Virus record (IMG/VR): IMGVR_UViG_3300044796_000229
Coordinates: 7,662 to 71,661 of that record
DNA from: a virus
Strand: one strand, 5' to 3'
DNA length: 64,000 bases
A program made the translations under genes and the position numbers. The first letter of the stretch is position 1. Every line of letters begins with the position of its first letter. Under the pieces are notes generated by a model. The model was not told where the DNA came from. It made no database searches and saw only the letters and a list, made by a program, of their open reading frames with translations. Positions 27,848 to 38,195 of this stretch are shown here, in pieces.

Positions 27848-28575
27848 GTATTCAAGATTTCCAGATGTCCTACGAGTGGTCTCCGATCACTCTAATAGGC
27901 GGCATAGCGCAGAACATGAATGGCGGCGCGTTGCCGATTTTGTATTTGCTTCAGCCCGGTGCCTTCCCGAACGGCATCTTGAGCGGCGGAAACAACATCA
28001 ATCCCGATGACATCTTCGCACATTTCCAACCCGTGCCAGGCGGCAAGTTAATCGACAACGAAATTGCAGAATTCCCGTTGGCGAACCAGATCGTCGCCGC
28101 GAATGCAGTTATCGTGCAGCCGTTACGCATCTCGCTTGTGATGAAAGCGCCAGCACAGGGTGAAGGCGGATACGCATCGAAACTTTCGACGATTACGGCA
28201 TTGCGAACGGCACTCGCCTCGCACACGACGTCGGGCGGCACGTACAATGTCTCGACGCCGTCCTACATATACACGAATTGCCTTCTGCTCGACCTTGTCG
28301 ATGTTTCTGGTACTCAGACGGCGCAAGTTCAGACTGAATGGCAGTGGAATTTCGAACAGCCATTATTGACGATTGCACAGGCGCAACAGGCTCAAAACAA
28401 TCTTATGAGCAAGATGTCGTCAGGAACGCAGGTTTCAGGAACCGATGGCGCGGTGAATTGGACAGGCCCAGACAATACCGTCAACCAGCCGCAAAGCCTC
28501 GCGATGCCATCCTATGTGCCTTCCGGTTCTGGAACGAATAGCTCGGCAGTCGGCGCATCGTCGGGACTAGTTTAA
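27844..28575 (+). CDS. Baseplate/tube initiator protein
   Basis: EFPLANQIVAANAVI, TPSYIYTNCLL, WNFEQPL; follows the tape measure gene. Confidence 0.65.
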   Translation: MSIQDFQMSYEWSPITLIGGIAQNMNGGALPILYLLQPGAFPNGILSGGNNINPDDIFAHFQPVPGGKLIDNEIAEFPLANQIVAANAVIVQPLRISLVMKAPAQGEGGYASKLSTITALRTALASHTTSGGTYNVSTPSYIYTNCLLLDLVDVSGTQTAQVQTEWQWNFEQPLLTIAQAQQAQNNLMSKMSSGTQVSGTDGAVNWTGPDNTVNQPQSLAMPSYVPSGSGTNSSAVGASSGLV

Positions 28576-28576
28576 G

Positions 28577-29068
28577 ATGACGACCTTGACGCTATTCCAG
28601 CCATCGGTGGGTTCGGTATTTAGCTTCCAACCGACGCTTGACGGTCAGCAATACATCGTATCGGTGCCTTGGGGGCTGGCCGGACAACGTTGGTATATTT
28701 CCTGTACCGAACTAAATGGCACATCTGTTTTCTATAAGGCGCTCACCGGCTCACCAAGCGGCGTCGATATAGAAAGCATTTTGTGGTCATTGGGCGTTGT
28801 GACAATCGTTACGTCGGAGGCCCACGGCTATAAAATCGGTAGAACAGTTTCACTTTCAATCTCAGGCTGTTCGCCGGCTGCATACAATGGGCAGTTCGAC
28901 TGCAATATCATCGATCCGATGACGTTCTCGTATGCTCTGGCGAGCAATCCAGGATCGGCAACCGCACTCGGCATCGCGAACTATGACATCAATCTCGCGC
29001 AAGGATACTTCACAACGTCCACGCTAGTTTTTCGGGAAGCCTCGCAAACGTTCGAAGTGAATCCTTAA
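28577..29068 (+). CDS. Baseplate protein with inserted beta domain
   Basis: FSFQPTLDGQQY...W..AGQRWY; INLAQGYF. Confidence 0.65.
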   Translation: MTTLTLFQPSVGSVFSFQPTLDGQQYIVSVPWGLAGQRWYISCTELNGTSVFYKALTGSPSGVDIESILWSLGVVTIVTSEAHGYKIGRTVSLSISGCSPAAYNGQFDCNIIDPMTFSYALASNPGSATALGIANYDINLAQGYFTTSTLVFREASQTFEVNP

Positions 29069-29070
29069 GG

Positions 29071-30072
29071 ATGCGCGCCTATGCGATCTCGATAACAGAT
29101 CCGATGTCTGGCAAATTGTGGGTGCCTCCAAGTCTGGCATCGATCAACACCGGCTTCAGTTACGCGAGCATGTTGAACGGCAAGCCGCTTGATGGCGCCC
29201 TGAATGTCGAAATGGATATTCAGGTCGCAACCTACGCGCAACCTGCCGGGGGATCGTTCATCGAGATTTCCGGCGTCAGCGTCCAAGAGATCAGCCAAGC
29301 GTACAATCTGAACGGCTTCAACATCGCAGTATATGGCGGTATGCAGGCTGGGTTACCGCTCGCGACCGCAGACTATAACCAAAAACAGTACGGCTTGCTC
29401 GTTCAGGGTTCGATCTATCAGGCATACGGTAACTGGATCGGAACGCAACAGACATTGGATTTGTCGCTGCAGCCTCCGATGGGAACAAATAGCGCGCCGG
29501 TAAATCTGACATTCGATTGGGCGTCGGGCGTGAAGTTATCCGATGCGCTCACAAGCACCTTTACCGCGGCCTATCCAAACTTCACACCTACGATCAATAT
29601 CAGCTCGAACCTTGTCCTGCCGCAGCGCCAAGTCGGCTATCACTACACGCTCAATCAATTCGCCCAATATGTGAAGAAGATGAGCGCTGCCATCATTGGC
29701 GGCTCGTATACCGGCGTGAATATCGCCGTGCAGGGCGCGAAGATCCTTGTCGATGACGGAACGGTTCCGGCAACGCCGAAGATGATCAACTTCTACGATC
29801 TGATTGGTCAGCCGACATGGCTTGATGATGCGACGATCCAGTTCAAATGCCCGATGCGCGCCGATCTAAACCAACTCGACTATATCCAGTTTCCAGCCGC
29901 TGCGGTCATCTCTGGCGTCAATGCACCATCGCCGTTTACGAATGCGAAGGCGACATTTCAGGGACAGTTTCAGGTCAGTAACATTCGCCATGTCGGCAAT
30001 TTTCGTCAACCGGATGCCGATAGTTGGTGTTCGGTAATCGACTGCTTCACGAATCCAGTGGCGGCGTCTTGA
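29071..30072 (+). CDS. Baseplate hub protein
   Basis: DLIGQPTW, MRADL, RHVGNFRQPD..SW. Confidence 0.7.
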   Translation: MRAYAISITDPMSGKLWVPPSLASINTGFSYASMLNGKPLDGALNVEMDIQVATYAQPAGGSFIEISGVSVQEISQAYNLNGFNIAVYGGMQAGLPLATADYNQKQYGLLVQGSIYQAYGNWIGTQQTLDLSLQPPMGTNSAPVNLTFDWASGVKLSDALTSTFTAAYPNFTPTINISSNLVLPQRQVGYHYTLNQFAQYVKKMSAAIIGGSYTGVNIAVQGAKILVDDGTVPATPKMINFYDLIGQPTWLDDATIQFKCPMRADLNQLDYIQFPAAAVISGVNAPSPFTNAKATFQGQFQVSNIRHVGNFRQPDADSWCSVIDCFTNPVAAS

Positions 30073-30073
30073 A

Positions 30074-30718
30074 ATGGCGAACAATACCCAGAAAACACCG
30101 TTTGCATCTGCCATGGAACGGTTCGCGCAACAACGAGCGCTCGACGCCTACAATCTGACGGGCAAGGGATTGCCTTGTACTGTCGCGTCGGTAAGCGGAT
30201 CGATTGTGACGGTGAATTTTGAAGTCTCTGCCGCGCCGTTCACGTTGCCACAGTTGGCCGTTCCCATGGTTGGACCGGAATATATCCGCTATCCGACACA
30301 GGTAGGAGACAAAGGCGTCGTTATCCCATTCGATGTTCTGCTCGGCGCCATCAGCGGCATGGGTGGAAACATTGCGAATCTGAACCTGCCTCCCAGCAAT
30401 CTCGGTGCGCTGGTCTTCACGGCGATCTCGAATGTGAATTGGTCCACGACCGATGATGAAAATGCCGTTGTCATCTATGGGCCTAATGGTTTCATCCTTC
30501 GCGACACCGGCAAGAACTGCACGATCACTGGCGACACCGAAAACATTACGATCAACGCCAAAACAACATTGACGCTTGAGGTCGGAGGAAATTCCATCGT
30601 GATCAACTCATCGGGCATCACGATCACCGGCACTTTGACCATCAACGGTGTCGCATACCTCGCGCACATGCACACAGCGGTTCAAAGTGGCAGCGACATT
30701 TCTGGACCGGTTTCGTGA
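30074..30718 (+). CDS. Baseplate central spike
   Basis: OB-fold-like N-terminus (PTQVGDKG), beta repeats, C-terminal HMH metal-binding motif. Confidence 0.8.
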   Translation: MANNTQKTPFASAMERFAQQRALDAYNLTGKGLPCTVASVSGSIVTVNFEVSAAPFTLPQLAVPMVGPEYIRYPTQVGDKGVVIPFDVLLGAISGMGGNIANLNLPPSNLGALVFTAISNVNWSTTDDENAVVIYGPNGFILRDTGKNCTITGDTENITINAKTTLTLEVGGNSIVINSSGITITGTLTINGVAYLAHMHTAVQSGSDISGPVS

Positions 30719-31059
30719 GAACTTGGGGAAGAATCTCGGATGGCGCTGGCGGTTTGAAATGGGTTGAAGTCTCGACCGCAGCGAATGGCGATAACAGTGC
30801 CGTCTATATCACATGGCTTATCCAGGTTCTCAAACTGAACCTCAATGAAAGCCCGTTCTATGCCGATTGGGGAATTCCCGGATATCCAGCCGTTGCGCAA
30901 CAGGTACCGCCGGATCACTACGTTCAATTAACGCAGCAACGATTTGCGCAGTATTTTGCGAGCCTTGTCATCGCGCGGGTTGCCGATAATCCGCCTACCT
31001 ATTCCGTCAATCTTTTGACCAAACAGGGAGCAGCCTTGTCGCTGACAATACCGACGTGA
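30715..31059 (+). CDS. Baseplate wedge protein
   Basis: LKLNLNESPFYADWGIP. Confidence 0.65.
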   Translation: MRTWGRISDGAGGLKWVEVSTAANGDNSAVYITWLIQVLKLNLNESPFYADWGIPGYPAVAQQVPPDHYVQLTQQRFAQYFASLVIARVADNPPTYSVNLLTKQGAALSLTIPT

Positions 31060-32477
31060 GCGATTCAGGGTTTCCCGTCATCATCGGGCCGGAAGGGCCA
31101 CAACCGACACCGCCAGCAACGATCAATGCGGAATTGATTGCGACGGTTGCTGCATCGGACCCCGGCTATACGGTTCTGCCCGGCGGACTGATAGAAGATT
31201 TTTCCTCGACGGCAACAGGCGCTCTTGTTGAGACGGATTCGTACCGCGTCGAGACAATAAATTCTCTGACGCCACTCGGATCGAACGCCTTTCTGACCAC
31301 ACAGCTTGGCGCAATCTATGGCGTGCCAATCGGCGCCGCGACGAACACAAGCGTCTATGTTGTGTTTCATGGAACGGTCGGATTTCCGATAGCGCAGAGT
31401 TTCGTCGTTTCGGATGGCATCTACCAATATGTCATTCAAGATGGTGGCATTATCGGAGGCGATGGCTATTCGTTGCCGCTTTATGCCGTCGCTGTACAAT
31501 CCGGGTCATGGGCAATCGCCGCTGGCACAGTGACGATATTGGTGACTGGCGTTCCGAGCACGATCACTCTCTCGGTAACAAATCCTTCGCCTGGCACGCC
31601 CGCCACATCTGCTCAAACACCTGAAGATTATCGCGCTTCGGTCCTTCAAGCTGGTTATGCGCCGTCTCAAGGCATGGCGACATATCTGAAAACCCTTTTG
31701 GGAAACGTCCCCGGTGTTCAGCGTAATTTGATCGCTGTCAAACAGGTCTCGACCGGATACGAAATCATCTGCGGAGGTGGCGATCCTTATCAGATCGGCT
31801 ATGCGATTTTCATGGCCGACTTCTATTTGCCGGGCCTTGTCGGTTCGACAATCTCCATCACGGGCATAACGCAGGCAACGCTCGGTGTCGTGACGACAAA
31901 TTTGAACCATGGGCTCGCGACCGGACAGGCGAATGTCTATATCGCGGGCGTTGTCGGCATGACGGGTGCGAATGGCGGTCCTTATACCGTAACCGTCATA
32001 ACAGAAAAGACGTTCACCTTCGGCGTCAATACTTCTGGGTTTGGTGCTTATGTCAGCGGTGGCGTCGTCACCCCGAACTCGCGCAACATCACCGTTGCGA
32101 TCAATGATTACCCGGACACATACACGATACCGTTCGTCAATCCGCCGGAGCAAACGGTTCTTTTAACCGCGACATGGAACACGACAGCGACCTACAGTGT
32201 GTCTGCCGATGCGGTTGCGCAGCTCGTTCTCCAGCCTTTGACGGATTACATCAACGGGATATTCGTCGGCGCTCCGATCAATATTCTGTCGCTGGAATCC
32301 GTATTCAGGGCTGCGATTGCATCCGTTCTGCCACCCGAACTTTTGACGCGCATTGTCTTTGAGGTGACAATCAACGGCGTCGTGACAAACCCAACATCAG
32401 GAACCGTTATCGTTCCCGGCGATCCTGAATCCTACTTTTTCACGCAGCCGAGCAATATCACGGTCATTCAAGGATGA
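31056..32477 (+). CDS. Baseplate J-like protein
   Basis: LPGGLIED, V.NPSPGTP...QTPEDYRASV, GGGDPYQIGYAIF. Confidence 0.8.
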   Translation: MSDSGFPVIIGPEGPQPTPPATINAELIATVAASDPGYTVLPGGLIEDFSSTATGALVETDSYRVETINSLTPLGSNAFLTTQLGAIYGVPIGAATNTSVYVVFHGTVGFPIAQSFVVSDGIYQYVIQDGGIIGGDGYSLPLYAVAVQSGSWAIAAGTVTILVTGVPSTITLSVTNPSPGTPATSAQTPEDYRASVLQAGYAPSQGMATYLKTLLGNVPGVQRNLIAVKQVSTGYEIICGGGDPYQIGYAIFMADFYLPGLVGSTISITGITQATLGVVTTNLNHGLATGQANVYIAGVVGMTGANGGPYTVTVITEKTFTFGVNTSGFGAYVSGGVVTPNSRNITVAINDYPDTYTIPFVNPPEQTVLLTATWNTTATYSVSADAVAQLVLQPLTDYINGIFVGAPINILSLESVFRAAIASVLPPELLTRIVFEVTINGVVTNPTSGTVIVPGDPESYFFTQPSNITVIQG

Positions 32478-33433
32478 CCGTGCAATATGGCGTGTTTATC
32501 GGCGCTGCCACAAAAGTCACGACGGGCGGCGTTTCATATGTCGCTCTCTACGGTCCAATTTATGGCGGGTTCATAGCAAATCCGTCGAGTCCATCCGATC
32601 AGGGGCTTGCTGAGACCGAACCGCTTTATGTGAGTTTCCTTGGTCCGGCCATCTTAGGCGGCTCCGGAACGACGGTCACGCTAGGGCCGGGTGAGAGCAT
32701 CTCGGTCCCGACAAACCTGACGACAAATGTCTATGTGACAGCCGCGTCGTCCGGTCACAAGTTCAGCGCCGTTGCAATCCAGCCGGTCCAGCCAACACCG
32801 ACGCCAATACCTGGACTGTTTCCGCCTTCCGGACCTACATCGCTCACGACAGTTTTGCCATCGTATCTCTACGAAGAATATGACGACGATCAGAACCTTC
32901 AGGCGTTCGTCACGGCAACAAATAGTTTGCAGCAATCGTATATCGATTGGTTCAGTCAAACTGGCCTTCCAGTTTACACCGGACTTTCAGGACCACTTCT
33001 CGATTGGGTTGGCACAAATCTCTATGGAATTCCGCGGCCCACGCTTTCTGCCGGTCGCAGCCCAATCACAGGACCGTTCAACACCTATGTTCTGAACAAA
33101 GTTGTCTTCAATCCCTATAAGGCGGGAGTCGCGCCTCCGATCTTTGTCACCGATGACGACACCTACAAACGGATCATTACGTGGGCTTTCTACAAAGGCG
33201 ACGGAAAGTTTTTCAACATTCGCTGGCTGAAACGTCGCCTGAAGAGATTTATGACCGGCATCAACGGAACCGCCGGCGCGGTCGATGAGACCTACGACAT
33301 CAGCGTGACATTCGGTTCCGGAAATCAGGTGAACGTAACGCTCGCGACCTATTCGCCGTTGCTTCAAGAAGCGCTGAACTCCGGAGCACTCGAACTTCCA
33401 TATCAATTCGACTTCGTCATCACGACGCCATAA
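32474..33433 (+). CDS. Baseplate wedge (DUF2612-like) fused to an N-terminal small beta domain
   Basis: GPLLDWVG..LYG..RP, DDDTYKRIITW; the N-terminus is paralogous to the 34979 gene. Confidence 0.7.
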   Translation: MTVQYGVFIGAATKVTTGGVSYVALYGPIYGGFIANPSSPSDQGLAETEPLYVSFLGPAILGGSGTTVTLGPGESISVPTNLTTNVYVTAASSGHKFSAVAIQPVQPTPTPIPGLFPPSGPTSLTTVLPSYLYEEYDDDQNLQAFVTATNSLQQSYIDWFSQTGLPVYTGLSGPLLDWVGTNLYGIPRPTLSAGRSPITGPFNTYVLNKVVFNPYKAGVAPPIFVTDDDTYKRIITWAFYKGDGKFFNIRWLKRRLKRFMTGINGTAGAVDETYDISVTFGSGNQVNVTLATYSPLLQEALNSGALELPYQFDFVITTP

Positions 33434-33443
33434 GGAAAATAGA

Positions 33444-34952
33444 ATGGCAACGCTTATCTTCGGAAACAATGCGAACACCACGCTTGCGTCTCCTATTGGA
33501 TCATCGGACACGACATGTACGTTGGTGAGCGCGACGAACTTTCCGGTTCCGACTGGCGACGAATATTTTGTCATGTCGTTTTTCGATGCAATCACAGGGC
33601 TCATTACCGAAATTGTTCATGTGACGGCGCTTTCTGGAGTGACAGCAACGATTGTTCGCGCTCAAGAGGGAACGGCGGCGCTTTCATGGAATGCTGGCGA
33701 CATCGTGGAAAGCGCATGGACTGCCGGTCAGGCAGCGCAAATGGCGCAGATAGGACAAATTCAGGATCAGACGACGAATTCCGCGAACGATTCTGGCACC
33801 GTCAATGCCTATGTCGCCGATCTATCGCCAGCACCGACCGCTCGCGTTCCAGGAATGCCGATTCGCATCTTGAACATTCTGAACACAAACACGGGTCCAA
33901 GCACACTCAACGTCGGCCTTGGTGCATCTCCGATATACGGTCCTGACGGCTCTGCATTGATTGGTGGAGAATTGCTCGCCGGTTCTGACGCAGAGTTTAT
34001 CGATCATTCAACGTACTACCAACTATCACCTGTTCTCGCCACGACAACGCGCGCCGGAACCGTGTTCGTTCCACCTTCTGTTTTAGATTCAGGATCGGCA
34101 AACGCGGTCATCATAACAGTCCCCCAATATTTCGCTAATTTGTCCGCGATGGTTGGTCAGCGATTTAACGTCATAAAATCGGCGAGCGCGAACACGGGAA
34201 GCGTGACTATGACGGTCAATGGGATATCCGCCCCATTGGTTCGAAGCAATTATACGAACTTCGCGGCTGGCGATCTTCCTGCGACGACACTTCTTTCGGT
34301 CGTATGTACTTTAACGCTGGCCGGCCCAGAGTTCGTCGTTGGGAGTGTTACGGGAACCGCTGGTTACAAGGCGGCGAGTGATCCTACGAAGACAACCGTC
34401 GCATCCGTTAGTGGATCAACGACGACTGGACACTTTCTGATAGCCGCCGATATCGCAGGCACGGTTGCAGATGGCGGCGTCAAAGGCACCGCAGCGGCCA
34501 AAGCGGCTAGCAATAACGCGGACGGCACATTGGCCTCTGTGACTGGCGCTGTTACGATTGGGCATTACGCGACTTTCGCTGACACAAATGGAAGCGTTCA
34601 GGATGGCGGGGCACCAATAATATCGAAGTCGTGGGGGAGCGGTTACGCGACGACAGTTGCTCTTGGCACATCAAAAACATTTAGCCATTCGCTCGGCGCG
34701 ATTTATGCCTTCGCCACGATTCAAATGAAGTGCGTGACGAACGATGGAATATTCAGCGCTGGCGATGTTGTGGTCCCGCCAATGTGGGGGCATTTTTCTA
34801 CGGAAGACCGCGGGTTCGCAATCACGAACATAACGACATCCAACGTTACCGTCACGATTGGTTCAGATCCTCTATACGTTCCCAATGGGGATGGCGTCGG
34901 GCAGTCGATTACTCCAGCAAACTGGCAATATCAAATTGCTCTTTACGCATAA
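33444..34952 (+). CDS. Tail fibre protein
   Basis: NNANTTLAS...EIVHVT...RAQEGT baseplate-binding N-terminus; DSGTVNAY/DSGSANAV repeats; C-terminal tip domain. Confidence 0.8.
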   Translation: MATLIFGNNANTTLASPIGSSDTTCTLVSATNFPVPTGDEYFVMSFFDAITGLITEIVHVTALSGVTATIVRAQEGTAALSWNAGDIVESAWTAGQAAQMAQIGQIQDQTTNSANDSGTVNAYVADLSPAPTARVPGMPIRILNILNTNTGPSTLNVGLGASPIYGPDGSALIGGELLAGSDAEFIDHSTYYQLSPVLATTTRAGTVFVPPSVLDSGSANAVIITVPQYFANLSAMVGQRFNVIKSASANTGSVTMTVNGISAPLVRSNYTNFAAGDLPATTLLSVVCTLTLAGPEFVVGSVTGTAGYKAASDPTKTTVASVSGSTTTGHFLIAADIAGTVADGGVKGTAAAKAASNNADGTLASVTGAVTIGHYATFADTNGSVQDGGAPIISKSWGSGYATTVALGTSKTFSHSLGAIYAFATIQMKCVTNDGIFSAGDVVVPPMWGHFSTEDRGFAITNITTSNVTVTIGSDPLYVPNGDGVGQSITPANWQYQIALYA

Positions 34953-34978
34953 TATCATTTTCTATTTACGAGGTGGCC

Positions 34979-35263
34979 ATGTCTTCTGTCACGCCTGTTG
35001 TTGGGATGACTACATCTATTACGGTTGGCGGAACGGCCGAGCAGGTTTTCCCACCGAAAATCAACGGCGGAATCATAACGAATCCATATTCTGCATCGGA
35101 AGTTCTCTACGTTGATGCCGTCAATGCAGCATCCTTGTCTGCGAGCGCAACGACATTCGCGCTTCAGCCAGGTCAAACGTGGGAAGGTATACCGGGCCAA
35201 ACAACGCAAACGACCGTCAATGCAGCGTCCAGCGGTCACACATTTTCCGCTATCTATTGGTAG
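34979..35263 (+). CDS. Small virion beta protein
   Basis: RBS gaggt; GGIITNP...LYVD...LQPGQ...VNAASSGHTFS. Confidence 0.7.
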   Translation: MSSVTPVVGMTTSITVGGTAEQVFPPKINGGIITNPYSASEVLYVDAVNAASLSASATTFALQPGQTWEGIPGQTTQTTVNAASSGHTFSAIYW

Positions 35264-35268
35264 GAACG

Positions 35269-37896
35269 ATGAAAAAAATCATTCTTGGTGCGCTTCTAAG
35301 TATCATCGTTTCACCATCCGCTTTCGCGCAAGCGGGTCCGGGACCAGGGCCGACGCCTAATCCGTGGATCGTCAATGGATCTTCGATCTATTACAACAAG
35401 GGTGCTGTCGGCATAGGAACATCTGCGCCGAACGCAAACAACGCTGCGACCTTGAAAGCGATTGGCACTGGCGCTCCGCTCAATCTTGTTCCAGCATCGG
35501 CACCGGCATCCCCAAACAATGGTGATGTTTGGACAACGAACATCGGAGTCTATGCACGTATCAATGGTGTTACCGTTGGGCCATTTTCTGCGTCCGGAAA
35601 TTTGACCACTGAGACCGGAATCGTCGCCGCAGGAACAACCCAAGGCACAGCCACGGCGCTTAATTCCGGATACAATGTCCATGCCGTTACGACGGTTTCT
35701 TCGGGCACCGGCGTAGAACTTCCAGCGACATCGGCGAATAGGTTCGACATCGTTATAAACGCCGGTACGAATGCGCTCAAAGTCTATCCTGTTACCGGAA
35801 GTCAGATTGATGCGCTAGGTACGAACGCTGCCTTGACAATCCAGCCGGGATCCACAGTCGCTTTTTATGATGTTACCGGAACACAGATATATTCCGGCGC
35901 CGCTCCGAATATTGCCGCCGGGACAAATGTCACGCTCTCACAAAGCGGTGGCGTAACCACAATTAGTGTTCCCGCTGTAGGTAGCACCGGAAATATCCAG
36001 ATCAATTCCGGAAGCGGCCAGTTCGGCGCGCTCGGTCAAGGCGCATCGGTTGCAAATCCAGGCACTGGTTCTCTTGAGGCCCTTCTTCCGACACTTTCTC
36101 CCAACCCAGATACTGGAACGAATGTCCCTTTTGGGGCGTCCACGTTGGAATATTGCGTCCATCGTTCTAACTCTGGAACGCCTATGGCGGACACTTTTCC
36201 GGCGTCATCGGTGACAGGACTGATAAACGGTGCGAAGCAATGTGTTAAAAACGACGACACGACTGCTGTGGACGTTCTGACAGCGGGCAGCGGGACACAA
36301 TTTTCCGGTTCATCCAGCACATTTGTTTTGCAACCGAATAGAGAAATTGTTTTTTCGTATGACACTACCGGCGCTACGCCAACGTGGCGTGTAAACGGCA
36401 TTGGTTCTAATGTGGCAGTACCCCCCACTGTCGCGCTATTTCCGAACGGCGTCATAAATTCGACGGGCGCTTCCGCGAAAGTGGACAGCACAACGGCTCT
36501 CTCGGCAGCATTCACAGCGGCGGGGCTTGGGACAGGCGCAAGTGCATCAACGGCCCCACAGAATAGCGCATCAGTCGTCTGTCCTGATGCCTATGAACTT
36601 TGGGTCAGCAATCAATTTCTTTTGCCAGGGGGTGTTGGCTTTGGGGCAACGCCGACAGCTTCGGGAAACTGCCAAGTAAATCTCATTTCGACCAATTCGA
36701 CTATTCAGGCGTCTGGAGTATTTCGTCTCGGTGGCGGCACGTACCGAACATATAATCAGACCGTTGATCACGTCGTCATGAATATGGCGGGACTGAACGG
36801 GATCGCTTTTGACGGAGTTAGCTGTCAGGACGCATGTGGGTTTAATTATGACTGGGCTTACCAGGTCATGAACGGCCCCGGCATGAAGTTCGATGGAACT
36901 TCGTCTGCCGGATCGGTCAATACCTTCCCGATGACCCATAATACTGTGTGGGGCGCCGCCGGACGAACAGCGGGTGGTTCGGCCTACGACATTGAAACAA
37001 CCACATATCCGGCAGACATCAGTCTAAATGATGCGCTTGCATATACCGGGCACTCGTTTGCCCAATTTGTTCTTTTCAATAACAACGCGAACGCAGACAG
37101 TCGTGATTGGACATTGGAAAATAATGGTAGTGCTGGCGCGGAGGGTGACATAGGCATCAATGTCACCGGGGCCACTGGGGTATTTCATGTTTCTGGTGTC
37201 ACCACAAATGGTATTCAAACCGCGATCCAGTTGAACCCCAGCGGAACAATGGGGGCCGTGGTTGAGGGCCTTTATCGTGATGGCGGCTCGACAAGTATTT
37301 TGAATACGACGGGGTATTGTGGGGGTTCTCAGACTGTCACGACAGCACAGGTCGCGTTCTACGGTTGCGGCCTTTACGGCTACATGGATTTTACAAATCT
37401 TTATCTCGGCACCGGCACCGGGTTTATGTACCGGACAGCAGGGCTTGTCTCGAACGCGGCGACGACGGGCAGCGGAACGACGATGGTGCTCCAAACGAAC
37501 CCAACAATAACCCAGCCGACAATATCAGGTGATTTCACGGCCTTATATCCAGCGGTTGTTACATCGTCCAGCACAGGTAATGCGCCGCTCTTACAGGTTG
37601 CCGCGCTCAGTGGAACCACTGGGGGCGCCGACCGTGCTCATTTTGAATTGGTTGATAACAATGCCTTTGCTTCACGCAATGGCTGGGATTTTATGAACCT
37701 AGGCGACAGCGGAAACACGTTGTACATTTACTCTATCGCCAGCGGATCTCTGACAAATATAGCGCAACTTACGAGTGGCGGAAATCTCAATCTTTTAACC
37801 GGAGCTTACGAGAGCAACGGAACGATTGGTGTAACATGCAGCGGAAGTCCGACAGCAAGTTTTGCTTCCAAGCTCGGGATTGTCACTCACTGTTAA
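35269..37896 (+). CDS. Tailspike/fibre-like beta-helix protein with N-terminal signal peptide
   Basis: RBS agga; MKKIILGALLSIIVSPSAFA|Q; DSTTALSAAF..A pectate-lyase-like start; G/T/N-rich. Confidence 0.7.
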   Translation: MKKIILGALLSIIVSPSAFAQAGPGPGPTPNPWIVNGSSIYYNKGAVGIGTSAPNANNAATLKAIGTGAPLNLVPASAPASPNNGDVWTTNIGVYARINGVTVGPFSASGNLTTETGIVAAGTTQGTATALNSGYNVHAVTTVSSGTGVELPATSANRFDIVINAGTNALKVYPVTGSQIDALGTNAALTIQPGSTVAFYDVTGTQIYSGAAPNIAAGTNVTLSQSGGVTTISVPAVGSTGNIQINSGSGQFGALGQGASVANPGTGSLEALLPTLSPNPDTGTNVPFGASTLEYCVHRSNSGTPMADTFPASSVTGLINGAKQCVKNDDTTAVDVLTAGSGTQFSGSSSTFVLQPNREIVFSYDTTGATPTWRVNGIGSNVAVPPTVALFPNGVINSTGASAKVDSTTALSAAFTAAGLGTGASASTAPQNSASVVCPDAYELWVSNQFLLPGGVGFGATPTASGNCQVNLISTNSTIQASGVFRLGGGTYRTYNQTVDHVVMNMAGLNGIAFDGVSCQDACGFNYDWAYQVMNGPGMKFDGTSSAGSVNTFPMTHNTVWGAAGRTAGGSAYDIETTTYPADISLNDALAYTGHSFAQFVLFNNNANADSRDWTLENNGSAGAEGDIGINVTGATGVFHVSGVTTNGIQTAIQLNPSGTMGAVVEGLYRDGGSTSILNTTGYCGGSQTVTTAQVAFYGCGLYGYMDFTNLYLGTGTGFMYRTAGLVSNAATTGSGTTMVLQTNPTITQPTISGDFTALYPAVVTSSSTGNAPLLQVAALSGTTGGADRAHFELVDNNAFASRNGWDFMNLGDSGNTLYIYSIASGSLTNIAQLTSGGNLNLLTGAYESNGTIGVTCSGSPTASFASKLGIVTHC

Positions 37897-37909
37897 AAGG
37901 AAAAATTCA

Positions 37910-38149
37910 ATGACACGCTTTTTGCTTGCCGCCCTAATCCTCGGCGCATCTTCTTTTTCAGTAACGGCACAGCCATCATCCTCTCCGGTGCCACAACTCA
38001 TGCCGGTTACGCTAACAGCAACGGACCTTCAAAAAATTACTGACGTTATTGGAAGCATGCCCATTCGCGACACAGCTTATGCCAATGAAATTCTGCAAGT
38101 ACTTCAGGAAAGGGAGCGGGAGGCGCAAGTTTCAAAGGCTGGGAAATGA
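37910..38149 (+). CDS. Small protein with signal peptide (fibre chaperone-like position)
   Basis: MTRFLLAALILGASSFSVTA|Q; RBS aagga. Confidence 0.6.
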   Translation: MTRFLLAALILGASSFSVTAQPSSSPVPQLMPVTLTATDLQKITDVIGSMPIRDTAYANEILQVLQEREREAQVSKAGK

Positions 38150-38195
38150 CCGACGCCGATCTTCTTGCCCTGAATGTCTATGAGGACGCCGCGCA

